The translations under genes were made by a program, and so were the position numbers. Under the pieces are notes generated by a model, which saw only the letters and a program-made list of their open reading frames with translations, had not been told where the DNA came from and did no database searches. From positions 20,939 to 44,938 of the forward strand of contig CAWBEF010000012.1 of the NCBI GenBank assembly GCA_963787765.1: DNA of 24,000 bases, in the 5' to 3' direction. Source of the DNA: an uncultured Solirubrobacteraceae bacterium. GTDB taxonomy: Bacteria; Actinomycetota; Thermoleophilia; Solirubrobacterales; Solirubrobacteraceae. Shown here one piece after another: positions 1-8,019 of this stretch; position 1 is the stretch's first letter, and each line of letters begins with the position of its first letter.

Positions 1-1
1 C

Positions 2-472
2 GGTGAGGTCTCGCCCTACTTCCACGACGTGCTCGCCGCGGGAGACGAGGTGGAGCTGCGCGGCCCGTTCGCGTCCTATTTCGTCTGGCGCGGGGAGGCC
101 CCGGCGCTGCTCGCCGGTGGAGGCTCGGGGATCGTGCCGCTGATGTCGATGCTTCGCCACCGCCGCCTGACGGCGCCGGAGCTCCCCATGAAGCTGCTCT
201 ATTCGGTTCGTTCAGCTGAGGAGATCATCTATGCGGACGAGCTCGGGCAGGATGCCCTGATAACCCTCACCCGCACGGTGCCGGATGATTGGCAGGGCCA
301 CCGCGGGCGGATCGACGGCGAGCTGATCGCCGCGGCGGGCTCGCTCTACAGGACCGGTCTTGCGTTCGTCTGCGGGTCGAACGGATTCGTCGAGTCGACC
401 GCGGGGCTGCTGCTCGCGGCCGGGTATGACCCGGCCCTGATCCGAACGGAGCGGTTCGGGCCCAGCGGTTAG
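2..472 (+). CDS. FAD/NAD(P)-binding oxidoreductase (ferredoxin-NADP reductase-like), C-terminal part; 5' end lies outside the window
   Basis: The frame of ORF 29..472 stays open back to the window edge (GEVSPYFHDVLAAGDEVELRGP...). It carries an FNR-family NAD(P)-binding signature (ALLAGGGSGIVPLMSML) and the C-terminal FVCGSNGFVE motif. GC3 is high. Confidence 0.75.
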   Translation, partial: GEVSPYFHDVLAAGDEVELRGPFASYFVWRGEAPALLAGGGSGIVPLMSMLRHRRLTAPELPMKLLYSVRSAEEIIYADELGQDALITLTRTVPDDWQGHRGRIDGELIAAAGSLYRTGLAFVCGSNGFVESTAGLLLAAGYDPALIRTERFGPSG

Positions 473-1986
473 CCGGACTCGGGTCTGCCGGCCACCGCTC
501 GGCTCCTGCATGTGCGGTAGATCATCGCGCCCCTTGCCAACCCGCCGCGCGAGGTCCGCGCGAGGATCGTGACGATGTAGCTGCCCTGTGGGAGACCGAC
601 CAGGCTGACGCGCGCGACCGGGTCCGGGCCGGCGAGCCGAGCCACCGGGTGGCCGCCCAGCAGGACCTCGGTTCTCACCGGACGCACGCCGTCCTTGAGG
701 TGCAGGTGTTTGAGCGCGTGGATCGTGATCTCGCGCAGGCTGGTGCAGGTCTTTGGTGTGGCGGGGGCCGGTTCTCCCGGCGCCAGGGCGCCGGCAACGG
801 TGTAGTCGATCGTCGCCGTCGCGCTCTCGCCGTCCCTGCTCGTGGCGCTCACCGTGTACTGGTGTGAGCCGGGAGTCGAGGTCGCCAGCAGGCCGCTGCC
901 GGACGAGGCTCCGTCGGAGCCCACGCACGATTCGATCCCCGAGCCGCCCGCTCCGTCGCTGCAGGAGAACCGGGTCTTCACGACGGAGCCCTCCGGGTAG
1001 GCGCCCCCGCTCAGCGGTTCGGTGATCTTCGCGATCGGCGGCGCTGCGATCCTGTAGTTGATCGTCACCGCCTGCGGCTGGTCCGTGCCTGAGCCGACCG
1101 ATCCCCTCACCCCGGCGGCTTCATCCAGATAGCTCGAGCCCGCGCCTCCACCGCCGCCGTCGAGGTTCCCGGCGCCGCCGCCACCGCCGCCGTAGAGGCC
1201 GCTGCCCCCGCCGCCGCCCGCGCCGACGAAGGGGGCGCCGGAGGCTTCGTTCAAGGTGGCGCCGCGCCCGCCCGTGCCGAGCGACGCCGCCGTCGCCGAG
1301 GTGACCCAGGATGAGATGTTGCTCTCGCTCGCTCCGGCTGCTCCCGCGCCGAGCTGACTGCCGCCTAAGCCGCCGCCGCCTTCGCCGGTGAGGTTCGAGC
1401 CGAACGCCCAGACGCCGTTGCCGCCGTCCGCGACTGCGCCTGACGCGCTTGCACCCGGGCCGCCGTTCGCGCTTTCTTCTTCCTCGGGCGATCCGAAGCC
1501 CATGCTTCCGCCTCCGCCGCCGCCGCCGCCGGCGAGGACGAGCGGGGCCGACGTGTCGGTGAGCACCTCGGAGGAGCCGCCGCCCGATCCGCCGCTGGGC
1601 GCGCACCAGTCATAGCCGTTGCCCCCACCACCGGCTCCGCCCGCGTTGAAATCGATGAACAGAGATCTGATGCCGCTCACGGGCGCCGTCGCCGTGACGA
1701 GCGCACCGGATCCGCCGGCTCCCGGGCCTGATCCCTGGCTTTCATCGCACTGGCTTCCCCGTCCGCCTTCGCCACCGACCGCGATGACTTCGACCGTTGC
1801 GACACCGATCGGAACCTTGAATTCCTGTCTCGTGCCGGGCGTGAACGTGAGGCTCTGCGCGGAGGCCGCTGCGCACGAGGCGAGCAGCGCTGCCGATGCG
1901 AGCACCAGCGCAGCTATCAGTCCGTGCCGGCGCCTGACCGGGTTGGCGGAGGGGAACGCCGGCTCGCGGCCCGTTGCGAAGCTCAT
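469..1986 (-). CDS. Secreted glycine-rich protein: N-terminal half resembles the ALK/LTK-type Gly_rich domain, C-terminal part looks like Ig-like/beta-sandwich segments
   Basis: ATG at 1986 sits 9 nt downstream of AAGGAGG. The signal peptide is RRRHGLIAALVLASAALLASCAAASAQS. It opens with SLTFTPGTRQEFKVPIGVATVEVIAVGGEGG, followed by several poly-Gly runs (GGGGGGGG, GGGGGSGLYGGGGGGAG, GGGGGAG). The C-terminal region is Cys-containing and Thr/Ser-rich. Confidence 0.85.
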   Translation of the reverse strand: MSFATGREPAFPSANPVRRRHGLIAALVLASAALLASCAAASAQSLTFTPGTRQEFKVPIGVATVEVIAVGGEGGRGSQCDESQGSGPGAGGSGALVTATAPVSGIRSLFIDFNAGGAGGGGNGYDWCAPSGGSGGGSSEVLTDTSAPLVLAGGGGGGGGSMGFGSPEEEESANGGPGASASGAVADGGNGVWAFGSNLTGEGGGGLGGSQLGAGAAGASESNISSWVTSATAASLGTGGRGATLNEASGAPFVGAGGGGGSGLYGGGGGGAGNLDGGGGGAGSSYLDEAAGVRGSVGSGTDQPQAVTINYRIAAPPIAKITEPLSGGAYPEGSVVKTRFSCSDGAGGSGIESCVGSDGASSGSGLLATSTPGSHQYTVSATSRDGESATATIDYTVAGALAPGEPAPATPKTCTSLREITIHALKHLHLKDGVRPVRTEVLLGGHPVARLAGPDPVARVSLVGLPQGSYIVTILARTSRGGLARGAMIYRTCRSRAVAGRPESG

Positions 1987-2112
1987 GGCACCAGTGCCTC
2001 CTTGGTTCCCGTCCGGTGGTGCCGGGGGCAGGGACCCTGTCGATTGTCGAGGTGGAGCGCGCTCGCCCCCCAGGACCCGCCCGCAGTCGTATCGGCAGGC
2101 CTGCCCGCTGAC

Positions 2113-3375
2113 TCAAGCCGGGGCGCAGCAGATCGCGCGCTCGAGCAGGAGGGCGCGCTCGCGGTCGTTTGCGCACATGTCGGCGGCGCGCTCGAACTCC
2201 CGGCGCGCCTCGGCTCTCCGCCCCAGACGGGCGAGGATGTCGCCGCGAACACTTCCCAGCAGGTGGTAGCCGTTCAGCGCCGGCTCCTCGGTCAGCGAAT
2301 CGACAATCTCGAGCCCGGCCTCGGGGCCGAAGGCCATCGTGACGGCCACGGCGCGGTTCAACTCGACCACAGGGGAGCCGGTCAATGCCGCCAGCCCGTC
2401 ATACAGCGCGACGATCCGCGGCCAGTCGGTCTCCTCGACGCTCCCGGCCTCGGCGTGGCAGGCCGCGATCGCGGCCTGCAGCCCGTAGGGGCCGAGCGTC
2501 CCGCCGAGCGCCCTGGCCTGCTCCAGCGCGGCCAGGCCGCGCCGTAGGAGCAGGCGGTCCCAGCGGGACCGGTCCTGGTCGGCGAGCAAGACAGGTTCAC
2601 CGAGCGGCCCGACGCGCGCCGGGAGCCGCGCGGCCTGCAGTTCCATCAGGGCCAGCAGCCCGAGGACCTCTGCCTCGCGGGGCATCAGCGCGCCAAGGAT
2701 CCTGGCGAGGCGCAGGGCCTCCGCGCACAGGGCCGGGCGGATCCAGTCCTCGCCGGCGGTTGCGGCGTAGCCCTCGTTGAATACGAGGTAGATCACCTCG
2801 AGCACGGCCGACACTCGCTCGGCGAGTTCGTCACTGGCAGGAACCTCAAACGGCACACGCGCCTCGCCCAGTGTGCGCTTGGCCCGGACTATGCGCTGCG
2901 CGAGTGTGCCTTCGGAGACGAGGAAGGCGCGCGCGATCTCGGGCGTCGTGAGGCCGCCCAGCAGGCGCAGCGTCAGGGCGACGCGTGCCTCCCGCGAGAG
3001 GACCGGGTGACAGGTCATGAAGATCAGGCGCAGGAGGTCGTCCTCGACTTCCTCGGCCATGGGGAGGAGCTCGGGCCGGTCGAGCTGCTGGAGGGCCTCC
3101 AGCTCGCGCCCGATCAGCTCATGCTTGCGCTCCAGCGTGCGGCGCCTGCGCAGTGCGTCGATGCCCCGGCGCCTGGCGGTCGTCATCAGCCATGCGCCCG
3201 GGCGCTCCGGGATGCCTGAGTGAGGCCACTGCTCCAGTGCGGCGAGGAGCGCGTCCTGGGCCAGGTCCTCCGCGACCGCGACGTCGCGCACCGTGCGAGT
3301 CAGCCCGGCTATCAGCCGGGCCGACTCGATTCGCCAGACAGCCTCGATTGCCCGATGGGTGGCCGACGGCGTCAT
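2113..3375 (-). CDS. ECF sigma factor, ECF42-type, with a long C-terminal TPR-like extension
   Basis: 420 aa. The N-terminus has sigma-70 region 2/4 hallmarks (EDLAQDALLAALEQWP...GAWLMTTARRRGIDALRRRR; GGLTTPEIARAFLVSEGTLAQRIVRAKRTL). A ~200-aa helical extension follows. It starts 4 nt after the stop of the upstream YciI/DGPF gene. Confidence 0.9.
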   Translation of the reverse strand: MTPSATHRAIEAVWRIESARLIAGLTRTVRDVAVAEDLAQDALLAALEQWPHSGIPERPGAWLMTTARRRGIDALRRRRTLERKHELIGRELEALQQLDRPELLPMAEEVEDDLLRLIFMTCHPVLSREARVALTLRLLGGLTTPEIARAFLVSEGTLAQRIVRAKRTLGEARVPFEVPASDELAERVSAVLEVIYLVFNEGYAATAGEDWIRPALCAEALRLARILGALMPREAEVLGLLALMELQAARLPARVGPLGEPVLLADQDRSRWDRLLLRRGLAALEQARALGGTLGPYGLQAAIAACHAEAGSVEETDWPRIVALYDGLAALTGSPVVELNRAVAVTMAFGPEAGLEIVDSLTEEPALNGYHLLGSVRGDILARLGRRAEARREFERAADMCANDRERALLLERAICCAPA

Positions 3376-3379
3376 TGGA

Positions 3380-3793
3380 CTACTGCATCGCCTGCTCGCG
3401 CAGCCGCTCGTTGGCCTCGCGCAGCTCGGGCGTCAGCTCCTCGCCGAAGTCCTCGGGCGCGAAGACCTGGCGCAGCTCGATCTCGACGCCGCCGTCGAAC
3501 GGCGCACGCTTGAGCCACTCGATCGCCTCCTCACGCGATGCGCACTCCCAGATCCAGTACCCCGCGATGAGCTCCTTGGACTCGGTGAAGGGGCCGTCGA
3601 TGACGGTGCGCTCACTGCCGTTGAAGCGGACCCTGGCGCCCTTGGCGGTCGGGTGCAGGCCCTCGCCGGCAAGCATCACGCCGGACTTGACGAGTTCCTC
3701 GTTGTACTTCGTCATCGCCGTGAGAAGCTCCGTGCTGGGCATCTGACCCGCCTCGGAATCGGGCGACCCGGGGACCAGGACCATGAAGCGCAT
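3380..3793 (-). CDS. YciI/DGPF-domain family protein
   Basis: The start is taken at ATG 3793 (MRFMVLVPG...), preceded by AAAGGAGAG. The sequence is typical of YCII-related proteins (GVMLAGEGLHP...VIDGPFTESKELIAGYWIWECASREEAIEW). The 42 codons upstream in the ORF-track entry overlap the promoter region and look non-coding. Confidence 0.88.
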   Translation of the reverse strand: MRFMVLVPGSPDSEAGQMPSTELLTAMTKYNEELVKSGVMLAGEGLHPTAKGARVRFNGSERTVIDGPFTESKELIAGYWIWECASREEAIEWLKRAPFDGGVEIELRQVFAPEDFGEELTPELREANERLREQAMQ

Positions 3794-3829
3794 TGTTCTC
3801 TCCTTTTGTTGGGTTGTATCTACCCGTAC

Positions 3830-3856
3830 GTCGAACGAGCTCGGCTGAAATCGACA
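3830..3856 (-). promoter_or_regulatory. Candidate ECF42-dependent promoter of the yciI-like/sigma operon (TGTCGA-N17-CGAC)
   Basis: The minus strand reads TGTCGA (3856-3851), a 17-nt spacer TTTCAGCCGAGCTCGTT, then CGAC (3833-3830). This lies 36 nt upstream of ATG 3793. It matches the ECF42 target signature as I recall it (-35 TGTCGA, -10 CGA/TC). Confidence 0.5.
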
Positions 3857-3912
3857 CGCCCGGGACCGGCTCTCCGACGTTACTCGGCGAGACGTCTCGC
3901 CCGCCGAGGCTA

Positions 3913-3941
3913 TTGACATTAGCCTAGAGGCTAGCTATATT
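3913..3941 (+). promoter_or_regulatory. Near-consensus sigma-70-type promoter (TTGACA-17-TATATT) with an operator-like palindrome in the spacer
   Basis: TTGACA lies at 3913-3918 and TATATT at 3936-3941, exactly 17 nt apart. The spacer holds the inverted repeat TAGCCT-AG-AGGCTA (3920-3933). This is an AT-rich island in otherwise GC-rich DNA, upstream of the hydrolase-TetR operon. Confidence 0.6.
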
Positions 3942-3993
3942 ATTCTTCATGCCACGGACCCGAAGCACACACACGACCCCGGAGGACCGAAAC

Positions 3994-4842
3994 ATGACCA
4001 CAGCGACCGAGCTCACGCACTCTGAGCAGGCTGTCCAGAACACGACCTACCTGAGCCGCCCGGGCGGGCGCGTCGCCTACGACATCGCCGGGGAGGGCCC
4101 CCTGGTGGTGCTGGTTCCCGGAATGGGCGACCTGCGCGACGGATACCGGTTCCTCGCCCCTGCGCTGGCCGAGGCCGGCTACCGGGTCGCCACGACCGAC
4201 CTGCGCGGCCACGGCGACAGCGACGCGTCATTCGCCTCCTACGGCGACGCCGAGACCGCGGGTGACATCCTCGCCCTGATCGAGGAGCTGGGCGGCCCCG
4301 CCGTGGTCATCGGCAACTCGATGGCGGCGGCGGCAGCAGTGCTCGCCGCGGCCGAGCGCCCCGATTCGCTCGCCGGCCTCGTCCTCGTCGGACCGTTCGT
4401 GCGCAACGGCAAGGTGAGCCTCGCCCAGCGTGTCGGCTTGCGACTCGCGATGGCACCGCTGTGGGCCGCGAGCGCATGGCGCTCATACCTGCCGAAGCTC
4501 TACGCCGGGCAGCGCCCGGCCGACTTCGAGGAGTACCGCGACCGGCTCGTGGCGAGCCTGCGCCGGCCGGGGTATGCGAAGGCGTTCTCGCTCACGACGC
4601 GCGCCGACCACGCCCCCGCCGAGGCGCGCCTCGCCGATGTCTCGGCGCCAACCCTGGTTGTGATGGGCGATCAGGACCCCGACTTCCCCGACCCCCGGGC
4701 GGAGGCCGATTGGATCGCACAGGTGCTCGACGGCGAGGTCGTGATGGTGCCCGACGCGGGGCACTATCCGCAGTCCCAGCGGCCCGAGATCACCGCCGAG
4801 GCGATCGGCCGATTCCTTGGCGAGGTGAGCGGACGTGGCTAG
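3994..4842 (+). CDS. Alpha/beta-fold hydrolase
   Basis: ATG 3994 is preceded by GGAGGA at 7-nt spacing. An alternative leaderless-type ATG at 3949 sits 7 nt after the -10 box. Motifs are LVVLVPGMGD (oxyanion region), the nucleophile elbow GNSMA and a C-terminal DAGHYPQ (catalytic His). Confidence 0.85.
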   Translation: MTTATELTHSEQAVQNTTYLSRPGGRVAYDIAGEGPLVVLVPGMGDLRDGYRFLAPALAEAGYRVATTDLRGHGDSDASFASYGDAETAGDILALIEELGGPAVVIGNSMAAAAAVLAAAERPDSLAGLVLVGPFVRNGKVSLAQRVGLRLAMAPLWAASAWRSYLPKLYAGQRPADFEEYRDRLVASLRRPGYAKAFSLTTRADHAPAEARLADVSAPTLVVMGDQDPDFPDPRAEADWIAQVLDGEVVMVPDAGHYPQSQRPEITAEAIGRFLGEVSGRG

Positions 4843-5428
4843 AGCCGGCCTGAGCGAGCTCGCCGTCATCGAAGAGGCCGAGCGCCTGATCGACGAGGTC
4901 GGCCTGGCGCGGCTGACGCTGGCCGAGCTCGCCGCGCGCCTGGGTGTCCGCCAGCCCTCGCTCTACAAGCACATCCGGGGTACCGGCGGGCTCGTGCGCA
5001 GCATCTCGGTCCGCGCCAAGCACGAGCTGGCGTACGTCCTCGCCCGGGCCGCCGTCGGGCGCGAGCGAGCCGATGCGGTCGCCGCGATCGCGGACGCCTA
5101 CCGGGACTGGGCAATCGAGCATCCAGGCCGCTACGCGACCACCCAGACCGCGCCCGCGGCCGGCGACGAGGAGGACGAGGCCGCGAGCCTGGCGGTGCTG
5201 GAGGTCGTCACCGACGTCCTTGCCGGCTACGGGCTGAGCGATGAGGACGCGATCGATGCGACGCGCACCCTGCGCTCGGCGCTGCACGGCTTCATCACGC
5301 TTGAGAGCGGCGGCGGCTTCGGGCTCCCGATGGACATCGACCGCAGCTTCCAGCGGCTCGTCGGGGCAATTGCGACGGCGTTCTCCTCATGGACCGAGCA
5401 GCCGGCGATGAGCCGCGCAGGGAGCTGA
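4835..5428 (+). CDS. TetR/AcrR family transcriptional regulator (WHG-type C-terminal domain)
   Basis: The GTG start overlaps the hydrolase stop by 8 nt. The HTH is LTLAELAARLGVRQPSLYKHI. The C-terminal LRSALHGFITLE motif is typical of the TetR_C WHG subgroup. Confidence 0.88.
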   Translation: MARAGLSELAVIEEAERLIDEVGLARLTLAELAARLGVRQPSLYKHIRGTGGLVRSISVRAKHELAYVLARAAVGRERADAVAAIADAYRDWAIEHPGRYATTQTAPAAGDEEDEAASLAVLEVVTDVLAGYGLSDEDAIDATRTLRSALHGFITLESGGGFGLPMDIDRSFQRLVGAIATAFSSWTEQPAMSRAGS

Positions 5429-5539
5429 ACCGCGCCGTGAGCATCCGGTCGCGGCAACCGAGCCCCGCTACGCTCGCCTGGGGCTCCATCCAGTAGCCGG
5501 CCGCGCAGGCCCGAGCAAACCACAACCCGGGAGCAACTC

Positions 5540-6130
5540 ATGACGAGCGAGACTGTCGAGCCGATCGACCCGTCCAGGACCGCGCTGTTGATCATGGACT
5601 ACCAGAACGGCATTCTGCCGATGGCAGCGAATCCCGATGAGCTGCTGAGAGGTGCCCGGCAGGCGATCGATCTGATGCGCTCGCACGGCGCCACGATCGG
5701 CTACGTCCGCGTCGGCTTCGCCGATGCGAGCGAGATCGGCGGCTCGATGGGAAAGCGGGTCGGCGGCCCCGCAGCGGCGCTCGAGCATTTCAACGCCGAG
5801 CACGCCAACACCCAGATCCACCCCGACGTCGCGCCCGAGCAGGGAGACATCGTCGTGCGCAAGACCCGGGTCGGTCCCTTCGGCAGCACCGACCTCGATC
5901 AGCAGTTGAGGGCACGGGGGATCGACACACTCGTTCTCGCAGGCGTCTCCACCTCGGGCGTCGTCCTGTCGACCGTCCGCGACGCCCACGACCGCGACTA
6001 CCGCCTGATCGTCCTGGCCGACCTCTGCGCCGACCGCGACGCCGAGGTCCACGAGGTCCTCACCGGCAAGGTCTTCCCGGGGCAGGCCGAGGTGATCAAC
6101 GCCGCCGAGCTGCACGGCCTGCTGCACTAG
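5540..6130 (+). CDS. Isochorismatase/cysteine-hydrolase family protein (nucleophile Cys apparently absent)
   Basis: TALLIMDYQNGIL (catalytic Asp region), VVRKTR (Lys) and LVLAGVSTSGVVLSTVRDA. In this last motif the usual T-x-x-C-V cysteine position reads Val. GGGAGC lies upstream of the ATG. Confidence 0.82.
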   Translation: MTSETVEPIDPSRTALLIMDYQNGILPMAANPDELLRGARQAIDLMRSHGATIGYVRVGFADASEIGGSMGKRVGGPAAALEHFNAEHANTQIHPDVAPEQGDIVVRKTRVGPFGSTDLDQQLRARGIDTLVLAGVSTSGVVLSTVRDAHDRDYRLIVLADLCADRDAEVHEVLTGKVFPGQAEVINAAELHGLLH

Positions 6131-6225
6131 CCCGTGCTCGGAGGAGAGGTCCATATGCGGAGGGGCCGATCATCCACGGTTGGAGGAGGACGAGCATCTC
6201 GAGGAGCGCCGAGCGGGCAAAGGGG

Positions 6226-6537
6226 TTGAGCTCGCTGACCGAAGTATTCGCGGTGCTCGCGGGCGGCTTCGGCGTCGTGATGGGCGCGGGGCCGCTGCTG
6301 CAGGCGCTGCACTCCCATCGCCGCGAGAGCGCGTCCGACGTGAGCCTGGCCTTCCTCGTCGTGCTGCTCTGCGGCGGCACGTTGTGGCTGCTCTACGGCC
6401 TGGCGCTGGGCAACGCCGCGATCATCGTCGCGAACGCGGTCGGCGTGACATCTTCCTCGGTGGCGCTCGGCGTGACGATCCGCTGGCGTCGCCACGAGGC
6501 TCGCCGGCAGAGCACCGCGCACCGGGCTTCGCACTAG
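6226..6537 (+). CDS. SemiSWEET / PQ-loop family small transporter (3 TM)
   Basis: About 100 aa with three hydrophobic helices. The PQ-loop-like motif is GAGPLLQALHSHRRESASDVSL. The TTG start at 6226 is uncertain; an in-frame GTG at 6253 is an alternative. Confidence 0.7.
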   Translation: MSSLTEVFAVLAGGFGVVMGAGPLLQALHSHRRESASDVSLAFLVVLLCGGTLWLLYGLALGNAAIIVANAVGVTSSSVALGVTIRWRRHEARRQSTAHRASH

Positions 6538-6546
6538 ACCCCGGGG

Positions 6547-8019
6547 TCAGGTCTCGGGGACACCCTTGGCAACGCCGGCGGCCTTCCAGGACGGCTTGCG
6601 GAACCGGTGCAACAGCAGCGGCGGGAGCACGCCCAGGGCGAGGATCCCCGCGGCGATCAGGGCGCCATAGCCGAGCGGGCTCGTGTGGGCCAGCTGCGAC
6701 GGGGACACGAACCCGATCAGGAACGCGATCACCGATGCCAGCCCGCCCACGACGCACAGCAGGCTGAGCGCGGGGGCGCGGTAACCGCGCGGGTGATCGG
6801 GCTGCGCGCGGCGCAGGCGCACCGCGGCGATGAACATCAGGACGTACATGATCAGATAGACCTGGGTGGCCATCGCGGTGAACATCCAGTAGGCGCTCGA
6901 GACCGTCGGGATCAACGCGTAGAGCGCCGCGATGACGGTGATCACGACGGCCTGCGCGGTCAGGATGTGGATCTCGATCCCTTGCTCGTTGACCGCTTGG
7001 AAGTAGGGCGGCAGGTAGCCCTGTTCTCGCCCGATTCGCACCAGCCCCTCCGACGGGCCGTCAAGCCAGGCCATCATGCCCGCCAGCGCGCCGGCCGCCA
7101 GCGCAACACCGATCACCGGCGTGGCGAACCCGATCCCGAAATGCGTCGTGAGGCTGTTGAAGGCCTGCATGACCCCGGCGGTGAAGCTGATGTGGCCCGC
7201 CGGGACGACCCAGGCGATCGCCAGGGTGGGGAAGATGAAGACCGCCAGCACGAGCGCCATGGCGAGGAAGATCGACTTCGGATACTCCCGGCCGGGGTTG
7301 CGCAGCTCATCCACATGAACGGCGTTGATCTCGACCCCGGCATAGGTGAAGAAGCTGTTGACGATCAGGACGATGCTCGCCAGGCCGCTCCATGGCGGCA
7401 GGATGTGACGGGTGTCGATCGGCGCCGCGGAATGGTTGCCCTGGATCAGATAGATGACGCCGAGCACGACGAGGATGGCCCCCGGGATCAGCGTCCCGAT
7501 CACGGTCCCGCTCGAGGACAGCTCGGCCACCAGCGAGACGCCCCGCGAGGACACGAGCACGCCGCCCCAGAACAGCACGATGATGATCGCGGCCGTGTAG
7601 ATCCCGTTGCCGGCCAGCCGCCGGTCGACCACATAGGCGAGCGTGCTTGCCACGTAGGCGAGCAGCGCCGGGTAGTAGAAGACGGTCTGGGCGAACTGGC
7701 ACCAGACCGCCAGTAGGCCCATCGGGGCCGAGATCCCCTCGCGGACCCAGTTGTATACGCCGCCCGGCCAGCCCGAGGCCAGTTCCGCCGCGACCAGCGA
7801 GACGGGCAGCAGGAACACGAACGCCGGCAGGACATAGAGGAAGACCGAGGCCAGCCCCAGCACCGAGGTCGCGGGCGCCGATCCCAGGTAGCCGACCGAC
7901 CCGACGGTCATCATCGCCAGCGCGGGCCAGGTGATGCGCTTCCGGGGCCGCGGCCCGGCGGCTGCCCTGCTCGCCGAGGGGCCGAGGGCTCGTGGATGGC
8001 GTCGCCTCAGCACCCACAT
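6547..8019 (-). CDS. APC-superfamily amino-acid permease (GadC/YjeM-like)
   Basis: 490 aa with about 12 predicted TM helices. The characteristic N-terminal region is LVAAELASGWPGGVYNWVREGISAPMGLLAVW. Confidence 0.88.
   Translation of the reverse strand: MWVLRRRHPRALGPSASRAAAGPRPRKRITWPALAMMTVGSVGYLGSAPATSVLGLASVFLYVLPAFVFLLPVSLVAAELASGWPGGVYNWVREGISAPMGLLAVWCQFAQTVFYYPALLAYVASTLAYVVDRRLAGNGIYTAAIIIVLFWGGVLVSSRGVSLVAELSSSGTVIGTLIPGAILVVLGVIYLIQGNHSAAPIDTRHILPPWSGLASIVLIVNSFFTYAGVEINAVHVDELRNPGREYPKSIFLAMALVLAVFIFPTLAIAWVVPAGHISFTAGVMQAFNSLTTHFGIGFATPVIGVALAAGALAGMMAWLDGPSEGLVRIGREQGYLPPYFQAVNEQGIEIHILTAQAVVITVIAALYALIPTVSSAYWMFTAMATQVYLIMYVLMFIAAVRLRRAQPDHPRGYRAPALSLLCVVGGLASVIAFLIGFVSPSQLAHTSPLGYGALIAAGILALGVLPPLLLHRFRKPSWKAAGVAKGVPET

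Noticed and set aside
1130-1620. GGC/GCC-rich reiterated DNA that looks like a simple tandem repeat or array.
   Set aside because: It is the coding sequence for the poly-glycine runs of the 469..1986 protein. There are no regular repeat-spacer units, so it is neither a CRISPR array nor a mobile-element repeat.
2038-2050. Tandem TGTCGA hexamers (TGTCGATTGTCGA) on the plus strand between the Gly-rich gene and the sigma gene, considered as ECF42 -35 boxes.
   Set aside because: They are on the wrong strand for both neighbouring genes. No CGAC/CGTC -10 element lies 16-18 nt downstream. The hexamer is GC/TCGA-rich and expected by chance in this genome.
2094-2105. 12-bp palindrome GGCAGGCCTGCC just downstream of the sigma-factor stop, considered as a terminator.
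   Set aside because: With a loop, the stem would be only 4 bp, and there is no U-tract. It is not convincing as an intrinsic terminator.
6131-6225. Several GGAGG-like motifs and a short ATG ORF (from 6155) upstream of the SemiSWEET gene, considered as a leader peptide.
   Set aside because: The ORF is in a different frame, has no recognisable features and overlaps the SemiSWEET start region. The evidence is insufficient.
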